Source: the human T2T-CHM13v2.0 reference genome, Homo sapiens
Length of the DNA: 64,000 bases
Reading direction: 5' to 3' (one strand)
Assembly: GCF_009914755.1 (NCBI RefSeq)
Contig: NC_060926.1
In this document: one piece after another, positions 43,564-57,668 of the stretch
How positions within the stretch are numbered: position 1 is the first letter of the stretch
Layout: every line of letters begins with the position of its first letter
Translations under genes and position numbers: made by a program
The notes under the pieces: generated by a model
The model's input: only the letters and a program-made list of their open reading frames with translations
Databases searched by the model: none
Told to the model about the DNA's origin: nothing

Positions 43564-46069
43564 GTTTGAGTTGTCTTGGCTCTTATGGAGCTTCCTTCTC
43601 TTTCCTTTCTGTATTAGTAATATTTGGAAATGGATGTCGTCTAATCTTTTCCTCTCTCCAAAACAAGGTAAGCCCTGAGGCTCTAACTTATCCTGAAGAA
43701 CAGGAAGTGGGCTGCTTTCAAGGAGCCATTCAAGGAAAAAATTACTTTATGGCTAAGGGTCTTGGAAGCAAGACTTGCTCTAAGCATTAGGTCTGAGGGT
43801 GCAGATGTAGAGTAATAACTAGATTTGAAGTTTGGGGTTCATAATGAGAAACAGGTAAGAGTGAGCCAGCATTTCAATGGGTAAAGCTGCAAGATATTTT
43901 TTATAAATGCAAAAGAGGTAGAGATTATTTTACTGAATGCCTACAGCTGAATCTGTGCGTTGAGGAGGTTGATCTTTACAATTCCAAGTCTGCCTGATAC
44001 ATTTGCCTCTTTTATTGCAGGTTCCTTTGTTTCTAAAGCATTAACAGGAACTGGGGACTGAAAGTGGTAAGCTTCCTAGTTAGCACTGTTAAACTTTCTG
44101 TTTCATGGAGAAGAGGTACCTGTGAGGACTTTATTCTGATTTTTAATTCAAAGCCAAGGTTTCAGTGCAAGGATGATAGCCAAGATTAAAGAATATTCTT
44201 GTGGTTGAAGTTGCCATTATGTTATATATCTCAGAAATTGTAGCAGAGCAGTTACTGAGGGGCACACATTGGCTTGGTTGTATAAAATCTTTAGATCCAG
44301 TTGGTACTTACAATTCACTTTTGCATTCTAAGATTGTAGAGATATGAAGATTCAAAACAACACTAATGAGACATAAACTCTAACAATATGACCACTTCTG
44401 TAATATCTTTCAGTGTCTATGAAAGCATTCTCAGTTGATGTGCTGTTTCTCTACCTTCAGTATTCTAATTTACATAAGCTTGCTGCTGTCTCCAATTCTT
44501 CTATTTGTATGAGGCAATATTCTCTTATGTTATCTTAAAATGTGATCTTTCTTTTGCACTTCCTTCGCTGTATATTATCCTGTTTACTGCCTTTTTAAAC
44601 TAAAAGATATCATGACACTTATTAACAAAAAATAAGCTTTACACATTTGTTAGAAATTGAAGGGATACATATGAAGAATATCAGTGCAACAGTATGCCAA
44701 ATTATATTGCTTGAAAATCACTGTGAATCACTAAAAGATAAGACTACAGATACTTATTTAAGAAAACAATTTATTTCTAACATCTTGCAATAGATCATAT
44801 TTACCCAGGAAGTACTGATCAAAAAACAATCAACCCTTTCTTCCATGAGAATCTAAACAATTATGGTCCCTTAGAAAGTACAAAAGCCTGAGTTTGGGAA
44901 TGTAGGCGGCTATAGGTTTTCTAGAAATATTTAAATAGAATCTAAGGCATACTATGGGCCTAGAAACCCAATGCATTCTTTGGCTTTGGTGAGTAAAACT
45001 TGATATGGGTAACTTTGCTAAAGAGTTCACAGTCCTAGTTCATTTTGGACTAAGATGGCATATAAGTCATTAAATCAATGAGACTATTTAAAGTGCTTTA
45101 AAAATAAAATACCCTAAATATAGCTTAGGCATTACCTTGCCTCAAAGGAAGTTCCTCCATATCATTAATAGAAAAAAGGTTCATACTTAGGCCGTGAGGC
45201 AATTTCACACTCACCGCAAACTTCCAGTCAGGATGATAAACTACATTTTGGTCTATAGCAGCATAGACAAATGGCCAGAGTCCTTCCTTAGATCTTCAAA
45301 GTGAACAACACGAACACTGACAAGCTCAGGGACAGTATGAAGGTACTCTCTGTTCCTGGTCTTGTTGGCGAAAAGAGGAGTCAAGGCCTTTGATAATGTA
45401 AAAAATAATATGGTATAAGAAACTGTGATATCAGCACAGAAAGTCCTGATGATCAGAAGGTTCTACTTGTTCCTTCCTTTCCTGTGATGTAAAAGCCATG
45501 ACAAATCAATTGTGTCAATATTTGAAAAGTTGTCACATTTGGATAGCAGTCTCATTCAATTAACATCTTAGATTAGTCTTCTGTGATTTGGTAGTATTTT
45601 CAGGTGTTATTAGTGAACAGATCACTAATTTTTATGCCAGAGAAATCATAGTTATTTTGGATACGGGATTTTTCATGGCTTTAGACTTATAAACTTCACA
45701 CCTTTTAATAGGACAAAGAGATATATGTGGCAGATTTCACTCTGAGAATTGTTTAACTGACAATCTTAATAATTTGAGGTATAAGCTCTTGTAAGTATAT
45801 TATTGAAAACACCTTATTAAAACAACAATAACAACAACAGCAAATTGTTAGGCAGGAGGACAGATGCAGATGTAGAAATCTTTAAGTGGTATTAATCTTA
45901 CCAATTTTGAAATTATATGAATTGCATAAATATTTCAAATAAAAATCAGTCCATCACAACACCAGCATGTTAGATCAACTACTTCCTTAAATGGAAATCA
46001 AAAGCAAACATCAGGAAGAGTTTTTCAATACTGCTTTAAATTTGGCCATCATAACTTTACCACTTTTAA

Positions 46070-46230
46070 AACTTTTATAATTGTTATTCCTATTTTGTGG
46101 AAAGAAAATATGTGGTTAAGAAGGGTTACAGTGTTTAAATAACAAGGTCACTATGTGACAAAGCTGGGAGGTGAATGTAGATCTGTGTGATTCCAGAGTC
46201 TGGATGTTTCCTTATCCACCATTTCATACA
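46070..46230 (-). mobile_element. MIR fragment
   Basis: gttattcctattttgtgg...caaggtcact...tctgtgtgattccagagtc. Confidence 0.6.
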
Positions 46231-47739
46231 GCATCCTCTGTGAAGTAATATATTTTCTCCTATATAGAAGAAAATTATGCACCTTTTACAATTGACTGAA
46301 CTCATTATTCAGATTTCATAAAATTCATTTGTTTTATTAGCAGGAGCAGATAATAACTGAATAGTTGCATGCCAGACTTAAATGCATATTGCTTTTAGAA
46401 AATCATTTCATATGGCTTTTTGAAACGTTAATGAAAAAAGTACAATTTGTATATTTCTGAGATAATTGAACAAACTCTGTAAACCTGCTGTGTAGTTTTA
46501 GTTTTTATATTTCTAATTAAAAAGTAATCTCATTTTATATTTTCTCTGTTTAATGTTACTAAAAGTTTATGAAGTTGATCTTAAATGCACATGTTGGTAT
46601 ACAAAAATAAAATGTTTTGCGTATATTTATAATTAATGTATTTGGAAATCATTTGAGTTGTTTTAATCTAGTTTATGAAAATCATAATGATTTGAAGATG
46701 TTTTGAAAGGCAGATGCTAGGGATATGAAGTTATATTTTTATAGCAGAAGAATATTACAATAAGAAGATAATACATAATTTATGAAAATGTTTTCAGCTG
46801 TCATCAACACATAAAGATTAGAAAAAGTAGAATCTAAAGTTAATTACATTTTCTGTTTAGTTTGGATGGAAAGTAAATTGTCAATATGAAATTTAACTGT
46901 TTATCAAACTAACTGGGTAGGTATTTATCAATTAAAATATTGCCATTGTTGATTTTGTGATATGCCAAATTTTTCTAATACTTTAGGAGAAATTTAAAAC
47001 TTCCAAACAATATTAATTTTGTTTTAAAATATATGATATACTTTAACCAAAATGACTTTATTCTAAAGATATTCTCCTCTAACAACATGGACCAGGACCT
47101 AAAAACTTGACCGATTAAGGTGTCAGCTGAAGGGATTTCAGAATCAAGATAATTATAGTGATAACAATGAAAATAATAGAAGATAGGAAAATATATATTC
47201 TAGGATTCATGGACTTTTTCAGTTCCTAAGGAAACCATGAATTTTTTTCTCGTTCCTAGGAAAACATAGATATACCATTGCTAAGAATTTATTTGTGCAT
47301 GCTTTGAAGATCACAGGATTCTGTTAACAAACCAACCTAAAAAACTGTCCCCTTTGTTAGGAAAAGCATTTCCAGAATAATTTAATTTGTCTTTATGCTT
47401 GGAAAATGGAAAATAAGGGGAGGCATCAGTCATTGTACCCAAAATATTTTTCTTTTACTTTATAAAATTTATTTAGTTTCATTGTGCTTTTATTTCTTCA
47501 GGAATCTTCTTCCACTTCATTCATTCAGTGGTTGTGCTCCAAAAGTGTTTACAGATTTTTGTTTATCTTGTTATGTATTGCTTAAAATAAGGGCACATTG
47601 GAATTCTTAAAGTTGTAAGTAACAGAAATGGGCTTTATTTAGTCAGCTAAAAGTGAGTTTATACTAAGGATACAATAAAGAGCAAAGACGAACAGGAAAT
47701 GATTACACTGTACAATCACTGATACTGATACAGTTCTTA

Positions 47740-48180
47740 ACAAACTTAGCAGGAGAAAAGGAGAGAAAACACAAATAACCTCATAAACAATGAAAAAGGG
47801 AATACCATTACTGACCCTGCAGACACTGGAAAAGATACTACCACAAACAACTCCATGCACATAAATTTGACAATTTAGATGAAATAGACCAATCCCTTGA
47901 AGATACAAATTACCAATAGATAATCTGAACATTTATCAATCTCATACATGAAAATTATATATAAAAATTGTCTCCCTAAAAAAACACATTAGGTCCAGAT
48001 GGCTTCGTGGGCTATTTATATCAAACAATTATGGATAAAAAAATATCAATTCTACAGAAATTATTTGAGAAAAGAGAGGAGGTTGGAATAATTCCCAACT
48101 CACTTTAGGATATATGCATTAGCCTGAAACCAAAACAAAACAGACATTACAAGAAATGAAAACTGCAGACAAATGCATCT
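47740..48180 (+). mobile_element. Old L1 ORF2 fragment
   Basis: cataaatttgacaatttagatgaaatagaccaat; ggtccagatggcttc; cccaactcact. Confidence 0.7.
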
Positions 48181-49170
48181 TAAGAGGAGGATTTTTGTTT
48201 TCTAAAATGAGAGTAAAGTTACATAAAAACACTTAAACCTAAATAAAGTACTGGTAATCTAAATGTGTATATTTCACCTAAATTTAAATATCTTTATAGA
48301 TATTTTTGTTAAAATGAAGGGCAGCAATTAATAATCTAAAACAGAAAATTATGAAGTTTTTTGAGAGTTTCTATTTCATTTTGCTCATTTTGGCACATGA
48401 CACTAGATTTTTTCACTCATAGGAGACTAACCAATTAAAGTTGGATGCAGTATTTTAAGATTAATTTTGAAATTGAAATCCAAAATATTAATTCCTTAAA
48501 AAGTTTTAATACTTGAATGGTGTGGAGTGCAAGGTATGAGCATATGATAAGAAACTGAGATTAGGTAACTAGCTAAAGGAGAATGACAGTGAGATTAAGA
48601 TGGAAGAGAACAGAAATTTTTTATAGTCTGAGTCATTGTATGCTTCATTGTAGTGTCCCCTGAAACTACTGTCCCATAGGATTTGCCCAGGGAGATGACT
48701 GGGTTAGAAGGAATTTCTGAGGGAGAAGGTTGAGTTAGAAGAAATTTTAATCTATTCAAGGGTCTGACTACAGTTGGGTCCAGTCTCCGTACATCAAGAT
48801 TACCACATAGTCTTGCACTACATCTTGAATAGCCTCTTCTTGAGCCTGTCAAATATCAAACTTCTTAATACATTATTTCCCATTCTTTGTTCCTCATCTC
48901 ACTGTACACCCCCATACCCAAATACCAGTGTATTACTAAAAAAGTAACTGAATTTTTTTAATTGCAGAAAATGATAATGCATATTGAAGATAGAATAAGG
49001 ACTGCTCTTTGAAGAATTCAAACACATGCATATTTTAAATAACAAAATTGTTTACATTCCAGAATCTCTAGGCTTCCTTTCCTAATATACTTTGCTTGAT
49101 GTTGCAAGTGCTTTAATGTTTGCAAGGAAAGGGGCCTTCATTTAAAGTTGACATGGATTATTTCTTCTGG

Positions 49171-50046
49171 TTTTTTTTTATTATTATTATACTTTAAGTT
49201 TTAGTGTACATGTGCACAATGTGCAGGTTAGTTACATATGTATACATGTGCCATGCTGGTGTGCTGCACCCATTAACTCGTCATTTACGTTAGGTATATC
49301 TCCTAATGCTATCCCTCCCGCCTCCCCCCACCCCACAACAGGCCCCAGAGTGTGATGTTCCCCTTCCTGTGTCCATGTGTTCTCATTGTTCAATTCCCAC
49401 CTATGAGTGAGAACATGTGGTGTTTAGTTTTTTGTCCTTGCGATAGTTTACTGAGAATGATGATTTCCAGTTTCATCCATGTCCCTACAAAGGACATGAA
49501 CTCATCATTTTTTATGGCTGCATAGTATTCCATGGTGTATATGTGCCACATTTTCTTAATCCAGTCTATCATTGTTGGACATTTGGGTTGGTTCCAAGTC
49601 TTTGCTATTGTGAATAGTGCCGCAATAAACATACATGTGCATATGTCTTTATAGCAGCATGATTTATAGTCCTTTGGGTATATACCCAGTCATGGGATGG
49701 CTGGGTCAAATGGTAGTTCTAGTTCTAAATCCCTGAGGAATCTCCACACTGACTTCCACAATGGTTGAACTAGTTTACAGTCCCACCAACAGTGTAAAAG
49801 TGTTCCTATTTCTCCACATCCTCTCCAGCACCTGTTGTTTCCTGACTTTTTAATGATTGCCATTCTAACTGGTGTGAGATGGTATCTCATTGTGGTTTTG
49901 ATTTGCATTTCTCTGATGGCCAGTGATGGTGAGCATTTTTTCATGTGTTTTTTGGCTGCATAAATGTCTTCTTTTGAGAAGTGTCTGTTCATGTCCTTCA
50001 CCCACTTTTTGATGGGTTTGTTTGTTTTTTTCTTGTAAATTTGTTT
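49171..50046 (-). mobile_element. 5'-truncated L1PA3-like
   Basis: Near-consensus ORF2 C-terminus (..HMFSLIGGN) and 3'UTR with ggttagttacat, gccatgctgg; T-rich tail. Confidence 0.95.
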
Positions 50047-50749
50047 TGTTTCTAAAGCAGATTCTTTATTACGATAACTTGCACAGAGTGTGACAGTATA
50101 AGAATCTTATTAAGATAATGAAGATTTTTGATGTATAAATAAAATATGTTTCAAAATTTGCAGAAGCAGTGCTTAGAAGTTAAATTCTCTCACTATTGGT
50201 ATCTTGGTAGAAATTGTGCATAATCTTAATATTTCCACATATACTGATCTCCATTTTAGAGATTGGCTTTAATAGTTAATAATAATTGATAAATCCAGCT
50301 TCTGGAACCTCATCTGGACAAAGATCACTGTTATACTTTGGGAAAATGAAGGAATGACTCACAATTTAACTTTAGGAGTAAGAAGTTTTGGGAATAGGCT
50401 CCATTTTCCTGCTCCCATCTACAAATTTTATAAACAAAGTAAGGAGAATGAATTCTAGGAACGATGAACATTCTCTGCCACATCATTAATCGTTCTTCAT
50501 CCTACTTTCCTAAATATTATTGACAAATATTACTTGCTGATGTTAGTTCACAATTAATTATCTTTGACATTATAGGCTTATATCCATTTACAAATTCATG
50601 TACTGTCATTAATCTTATGATTTCATGAGAGAACAGATATTCATGCTTTAAAGCTTTCATTAGAAAATCTCTATGAAATTCAATAAACATAAATTCTTAA
50701 ATAAACAGTAGACCATATGGTCAGTCGTTGTCAACAATGTAGTTAGAAA

Positions 50750-51484
50750 ATTTTTGGTGTAATACCTATAAAATAAAATTTACTATTTTAACCATTTTAA
50801 AATGTACAATTGCGTGGCATTTAGGACATTAACAGCATTATGCAACACTATCTAGTTCCAGAGCATTTTTCATCACCCCAAAAGAAAATTCAATACCTAT
50901 TTAGCAGTCATCCCACATTCTGTCTAATCCCTAGCCCTCGACAGCCATTATTCTGTTTTCTGTCTCTAGCACTTGTCTATTTTGGGTATTGCACATAAAT
51001 GGAATCATTCTATACATGTCGTTTTGTGTCCGCCTTCTTTCACTTAGCATGTTTTCAGGGTTTATCTATGTTGCAACGTGGATCAGTACTTCATTCCTTT
51101 TTATGGTTAAATGATATTCCATGTAACCATTCCAAAATGGATATACCACATTTCGTTTATGCATTGATGGACAATTGAGTTGTTCTTATCTTTTGACTAT
51201 TATAAATAGTGCTGCTGTGAACATTCTTATATAAGTTTTTGTTGAACACTTCTTTTAAATTCATTTGGATATATACTTAGGAGGGAAATTGCTGTCATAT
51301 GGTAATTCTATGTTTAACTTATTGAAGAACTAATAAGCTGTTTTTCACAGTGGCTTCACCATTTTACATTCTCATCAGCAGATATGAGGGTTCTGGTTTC
51401 TCCACATTTTTACATTTTCCAGTTTTTCAATTCTAGCCATCCTAGTGATTGTGAATGTGGTATCTTGTTGTGATTTTGATTTGA
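50750..51484 (-). mobile_element. L1MB-like 3' end
   Basis: ttaaccattttaaaatgtacaatt...ttccagagcatttttcatcaccccaaaagaaa...ggtaattctatgtttaactt. Confidence 0.85.
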
Positions 51485-51677
51485 AAAATACATTTTAAAC
51501 AATATATTGATATATATGGAGAGAAAAAAGTTATAAAATGTATCTTATCAAGCTCAAATTTCTTTTATTGCACATAAAATTTGACTACAGGTAAATTAGA
51601 CATGAGTCTATGGAGGAAATAGTTTTGTTTAAAAATATGGCAAATTTAGAAAAGAATGTGGTGATTGGAACCAAATT

Positions 51678-51785
51678 CAATCCTATGCATAAACTATATA
51701 TGCATTTTTCTCTGGTGGTTACCTACTGTTGCAATCCTATTCATAAACTGTGTATACATTATTCTCTGGTGATTACCTACTATTG
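51678..51785. repeat. 54-bp tandem duplication
   Basis: caatcctat(g/t)cataaact...ttctctggtg(g/a)ttacctact(g/a)ttg twice, diverged. Confidence 0.92.
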
Positions 51786-53999
51786 AAGTAAAATTCTCTT
51801 GTGAATTCCTAATGAGAAATCTAATTTATAAAGATAAAAATATGTGAGAAAACATTTGAATTCCCAAAATTTGATGCCAAGTACTTTTCCTTCTTTTCAG
51901 CATACTAATGAAATGATCAGATAGAATTTTTAAAGTACATTTCTGCTTTTTCCTGTTGTGTTTTACCAATAAATTCTAATATTCGAAAAACTCAAATAGT
52001 TGACATTCTTTTCCTGAGTGATCTAAGACTTATCTTACTTAAATGGGGGTCATTTAAGTAAGATAAGCTTCAATCTCAGGTCATATCTACATTGAAAAGG
52101 TGAAACTATCAAATATGCAAACTTCCCTTCATTTGACTATATAGCTTAAACTTCACACTGTGGCACTAGTAGGTCCCAAGGAGCTTTTCTTGAAATGTCT
52201 GTATTGATGCATTTAGAGAGATTCTGTGGGTCTTTACTGTCAGTATATTTCCTGTCTGCGACATCTTGCTAGTAAACAGCATGAGTAAAATGAGCAGCTG
52301 TACAGATGGCTTCAACAGTTTCAGAAAGAATATATATTAATGTGAGGTCAAGTTTTGCTCTGCTTGATAAATGTGGAAACAAGTAAATGATACATCAAAT
52401 AGTTCTAGAGATGCTTTTTATTTGACAACACATCTGGAGCCCATAAATATAATTTCGTATTTTTGTTCTGCTGGGAAGAAGATACCATTAAAGATGCTCT
52501 GAGACCTAGTTATTCAACATGAGATGGGTGTAATCACACCATTTTCTAATATACTTTTGCCTAAGTAGTACATTCCTTGTGTGAAATGATGGGAAATATA
52601 AAAGAAATAAATGTTGACTTATCTTTGGTTTTATAACTGAGTACTTAAAAAAATAAAAATAAGCAGAGATAAGTAATACATTTCACAAAGAATAAGCAAC
52701 TAAAAGTAAAAGGAAAATAGCTGATGAGGCTTTATTAAAATGAAAAAGATGAAAAATATGAGTATATAAAAATTATGTCACAGGCACAAATATAAATTAC
52801 TTATTATATTATATGTATTTATGTGTTTATATATTTTGATGCTTATTTAATTTAATTATGTGAAAAACATAACTGAGAAATCATGTGTCCCTTTGTCATT
52901 GAACTTCACATAAATGATTCAGTGAATATTTTTTCGGTGTCTTTTTCATGTAACAGGGTATTTGCTTTAAATTGCTTTCTAAATAAATGATAATATAAAA
53001 CTAAAACCTTTTGGGAGACAATGACCTTAAGCAGGACATACTACGTGAAGATTTCACCTAATATTAGAGAATGAACAATTTAACAGGTGGGCCTGCTGTT
53101 TACCTGTTACCCGTCAGTGACTCACAGGATGAAGTCTGGGACACTCTCCCATTATGCATGTGCCTGTATTTACCGTCCATGGCATCCCTTCTATTGACCT
53201 CTTCGTTTATGCCAATATAATGCGCAGTCATTTTACTTTTGGTCTCTTTCAAACACATGGAACTTGAATATTTTTAAAAAATGATTTTATTATTTAATTA
53301 GGTGTCAACTTGATATGTGTGCATGTCTACAACACAGTAACTAAATGCAGCTGCCTCTTTGGGAATTATGACATCTTGTTGTTGTTAGGAGCCAAGGGGA
53401 GTGGCTGCAAAGTAACTGGGTGGCTTAAGGGGAAGAACATAGAGCATTTCTTCTGAAAACAGGAGAAAGATACGCCAAAATCCTTGGTCAGTTCTCACTG
53501 TGTGAGCCAATTTGCCACATCACGTATCCCCACTTCACAGGGGCCATGTAAAAATGAGTAATAATGATAAAGGAAATTGATTCCCTGAAGAAGTTGAATG
53601 AGTCTCCATATTTTTCTATATTGTTTATCAAAATGGCAAAGCTGAAACATTTATTTTCAAGGACAATATCAACTATAAAGGAAACATTCTTTACTATAAA
53701 CTTGTGACTGTAATTAGGTATGAAATGTAAGCTAGATAGTCTCTTCTTGTTTTTATTACTGTCTCTGGGGGAGATGATATCCCACATGGATAGATTTTCC
53801 AAGTAACCAAAACATGCTCTATTAAACACAAAAGGTTTTCATCTATTTTAAATGTCTTGCATCTTGGATATCTTTCTGAAATGCATTGTTCCAAGTTGAC
53901 TTAAACAGATAATATAGGCGGTAATAAAATATGTTTTTCTAAATTGTTTTTAACCATATTCAGCAGTATAGTAGCAATCATAAAAGTTATCCTTGACTA

Positions 54000-54185
54000 A
54001 GGTTTAGTTTATGCCAGGGATTCTGCTAAACATTTTATGTGGATTATATTTCTTAAATCTTAAAATTAGTCTAAAGGGTAGAGAAGAGCTTGCTTGCCTA
54101 AGGTAATATTATTGGGAGAGGAAGTGGAATGTGAACCAGGTCAATTTAAATGTGCCTGACTCCAGAGACTGTTTTGTTGACCATG
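54000..54185 (-). mobile_element. MIR fragment
   Basis: tatgccaggg..ctgctaaacatttta...cttgcctaaggt...gcctgactccagag. Confidence 0.6.
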
Positions 54186-54784
54186 AAAGGTTGCATTTTT
54201 TTAAAAAAATGTAGTTTTACTTTTTTTTCTTTCCCTGGTTGTGAGTCAGTCTCTCTCTCTCCTGCAGCTATTGTGTCTGGAGCTCTGTCATCCTCATCGT
54301 CTTCTTGTAGTTTTGCTTTTTCAAATCTGTAGCAAGGACAAATATGCAAGTGTCTTAAAGGGGTTGTTATGGATATCATTTGGAGTCCGAAATTATAAAT
54401 CTTTAGCTTTCTCTATCACATAGAGAAATGTATTTATCTTAATATTTGTTTCACAACAGTGCTTAGAAGTCTAAAACTGGTTGGATATTATTGTACAGAA
54501 ACTATTTTTTCATTTCTGTTATTAAGTTTAATAATCCAATAATTTTATGAGGAAGCTTTTCTCCTTTGGAAAACTAGAATTCAACAAGACATAACACTTA
54601 TTCACTATATATTTTTCATTTCTATTATAAGCTAAGTTGCTGAGTAGGAAAGAAAAAAGACATCTTTTCCTACACAGAGCTTAAAGTCTAGAGGGTAGAA
54701 GGATAATCATGATTTTGTATTTATGTCAAGTTTACTTATAAATAAATAGAGGATACATTTCTGTCTACCCATTATATCAAATAG

Positions 54785-55084
54785 TTTCTTCCCTCCCTTC
54801 CTTTCCTTCCTTCCCTTCCTTCCCTTTCCTTCCTTCCCTTCCTTCCCTTTCCTTCCTTCCTTCCTTCTTTCCTCCCTTCCCTCATTCCCCCTTCCCTCCT
54901 TCCCTCCCTCCCTCCTTCCTTCCCTCCCTCCCTTCCTTCCTTCCTTCTTTCCTCCCTTCCCTCATTCCTCCCTTCCTTCATTCCTCCCTTCCCTCCTTCC
55001 CTCCCTTCCCTCCTTCCCTCCCTCCCTCCCTCTCTCTCTCCTTCCTTCCTTCCTTCCTCCCTCCCTCCCTCCCTTCCTCCCTTC
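54785..55084. repeat. ~300-bp polypyrimidine (CCTT/CCCT)n tract
   Basis: Almost purine-free on the plus strand. Confidence 0.97.
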
Positions 55085-55309
55085 AATATGGAAAAGTTAT
55101 TAACAGAGATTTGTTTAACAAATTCTAGATAGTAAATAAAAACCCAGTCACACATTACAAGTTTGAGATAATTTATTAATTTTATACATAACTATATATA
55201 TATAGTCACTATATATGTAGTGATGCCTTCTCTGCGGATCCCTCTAGTTTTGTAATGCTCCCTCAAATTTATATATATATATATTTAAATATATATATGT
55301 AAATTCTAC

Positions 55310-55850
55310 ATAGCAGAGGTGTTAAGTTCTGTTCTAGCAAGCAGTTAACTTCCTAGATGATGATCTTGATCCAATGCTGGCTTGGTTTTAGACTTTGTTG
55401 GGCTGGTCTGTTCCAGGTTTGCCCTTACCTATTGGGCATGGCATTTACTCCTTGGGCATTGTTCTGGGAGTAAGGATGTGCTCTTTAGTGCCTCAACTGA
55501 ATGCCTAGGATATTCACCTAAATTCTTCTCTCTTCTTGCTCCAGTCTCCCAGGTGTCTCCTCAGCATTGAACAATCTCTGAAGTCACTGCCTCCCAGCAC
55601 TGCTCAGGTTGGTCCTCAGAATTACACCTTGTGAATTTGCAATTTAGGAGGTGACTAAGAAGCAGAAGTAAATTTTTATGCAGATTTTGTGACTCCTTCT
55701 CTGTGGGTTCCTCTACTTTTGTAATGCTCCCCCAAGTTTCAGCTGCCTTGGCAGCCTCAGATATTGATCTCTATTTATCCCTCCTAGGAAAATGCTGCTC
55801 TTTGCTTGGCTCTCTTTCTCTGGCTTGTAATTTTCAAAATTACAAGGGCA
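55310..55850 (-). mobile_element. Old L1M 5'-region fragment
   Basis: ttgatccaatgctggcttggttttagactttgtt, ctcaactgaatgcctagg, cccaagtttcagctgccttggcagcc resemble L1ME/MD 5' sequences. Confidence 0.5.
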
Positions 55851-57668
55851 TCCTATAACACTGGAATCCATAAACTTCGGTTAAAAATTTTTATTTTAAA
55901 ATCAAGATTGTCTATTGGTGTAAAACTAAAACAACTAAAACCAGAAAGTTGAGAATATGCAACAATGCATGTGACATAAACAGTTAGGTTTTAAGTATGA
56001 CATTTCATTAATATTTTTTCATGTTCCACCACAATTAGAAAATATGACAGGCTGGATTTGCCCATTGTAAGTATGAGCATACACCATGTTATTTGTGGTG
56101 AACTAAAGTAAAAAATTAAGATATTAAATTTTTATAAAACATAAAAAATGGGAAAACAGTTGAAATATTTCAACTCATGAATAATTTATCAGTTCTCTGT
56201 TGAGAGTATTTTCTTAAATATATTCAAAATTATTGACACACTGAGAGGATGGTTTGTATAATTTGATTCCAGCCTGCTTCTTTCTATCATGTCCCTTTCA
56301 CTGATAATCTGAGTCAAAGTGTTGGTTTCCTGACATTTAGAGTGTTTTGGGGGGTATGAGTAAATATTAGAATGATTTAGATGATAAATTAGAGCACCAC
56401 TCCATGTAGGGAATAATTTTAAAATAATTTTAACTTACTAGATTGGATAACTTATGTTCACAATATCCTACATAAATATAAACAAACATGCTAATTGATA
56501 TTTGATATTTTTCACTATATAATTTATATAACACAGATAAATATTATCCTTCATGTTCTAATACCAATGTTCATGGAACCAATTTCAGTCAGATTGAACA
56601 TAAGTTTTTGACAATGGAGACACTGCTTTGCCTTTCTCCTTTTGGTTTTATTCATCTCAGAAACAGCAGGGATTTTATAGCTCAGTAAGTGTGCAGCAGA
56701 TCTTAGTTCTGGTTAGAAAAGTGTTGGAGACTGTAGTTGTGAGTTGAGAAACATTATTTTCAATGTGTTCTACTAAATACATTTAATAATACAGTTTTTA
56801 GACAGGTTACAAGGTAAAGACATTGGATTCTCTGAATTTTTAGTTTAAAAGAGCATGTAGATAAAGTGAATTAAAGGGCTATATTATGCACACAGTCTTA
56901 TTAAGTCACCGAATTTTTAAGTACATTTAAAGGAACCAACAGCAAACACTTGCAAGATGCAAAATATTGCAGCTAAGACTCAGAATGGAAAGTATTACAG
57001 CATACAGAGCAGAACTAGATTTCAAAGGACTGGAGGCATGCCAAAGCTCCTTTGAAAATGCTCAAGTACCACATACCTAGGGCTCCCACTTGCAACAGAC
57101 TCATAAGAAAAAAAAATAAATAACATAAAAACGAAGGCTGTGTGCATACCACATGTAGTGAAAAGCTGCCCCACCAAAGCAAAACTGGAGAAAAGAGCAT
57201 CACAGCATTATTCTTCATTTTGGAAGCAACCAGTAAAAGAAGAGGAAGCACAATTGTACCTGTTTCCTAAAAAATCTGCAATGCCATAAGACTCTGACTC
57301 ATCTTGGTTAGAGCCTAGTTTAGCAAGTTTTTTGGAAGTTTCTATGATTGTTCATTTTTGTCATTGCCAAAGGTTAATCTTTGACTATCCTCCAGATTAT
57401 TCCAGAAGCCTGTTTTGAAGTTAATATAAAAATCAACCCTTACTGGCAAAACTTTTCCAACATGACAAATGTAAACTTTTTTTGAAGGCAGACGCCACGA
57501 TCTTCCTGGTTCCCAGTGCATTCCTCAACCATAACCCCTACAGATAGTGAGCACTCAGTAAACGTTGCTACTAATATTAATTCTGTTGCATATGTAAATT
57601 TTACCATCATATAAGAAAGACAAGTCATCTGTTTAATGCTGTGATCATAGTACTTCATCTAACTAAAA

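Noticed and set aside
49160-50056. Young L1PA3 apparently lacking a TSD
   Set aside because: The right flank has an endonuclease-like tttct/aa site and a T-rich TSD could be hidden in the tail; ambiguous
54146-54379. Acidic ORF (FEKAKLQEDDEDDRAPDT) after an acceptor-like site on the minus strand
   Set aside because: No matching donor, no recognisable protein family, and it runs into a MIR
54772-55155. 127-aa G/R/E/K-rich ORF
   Set aside because: Translation of a purine-only simple repeat that lacks stop codons
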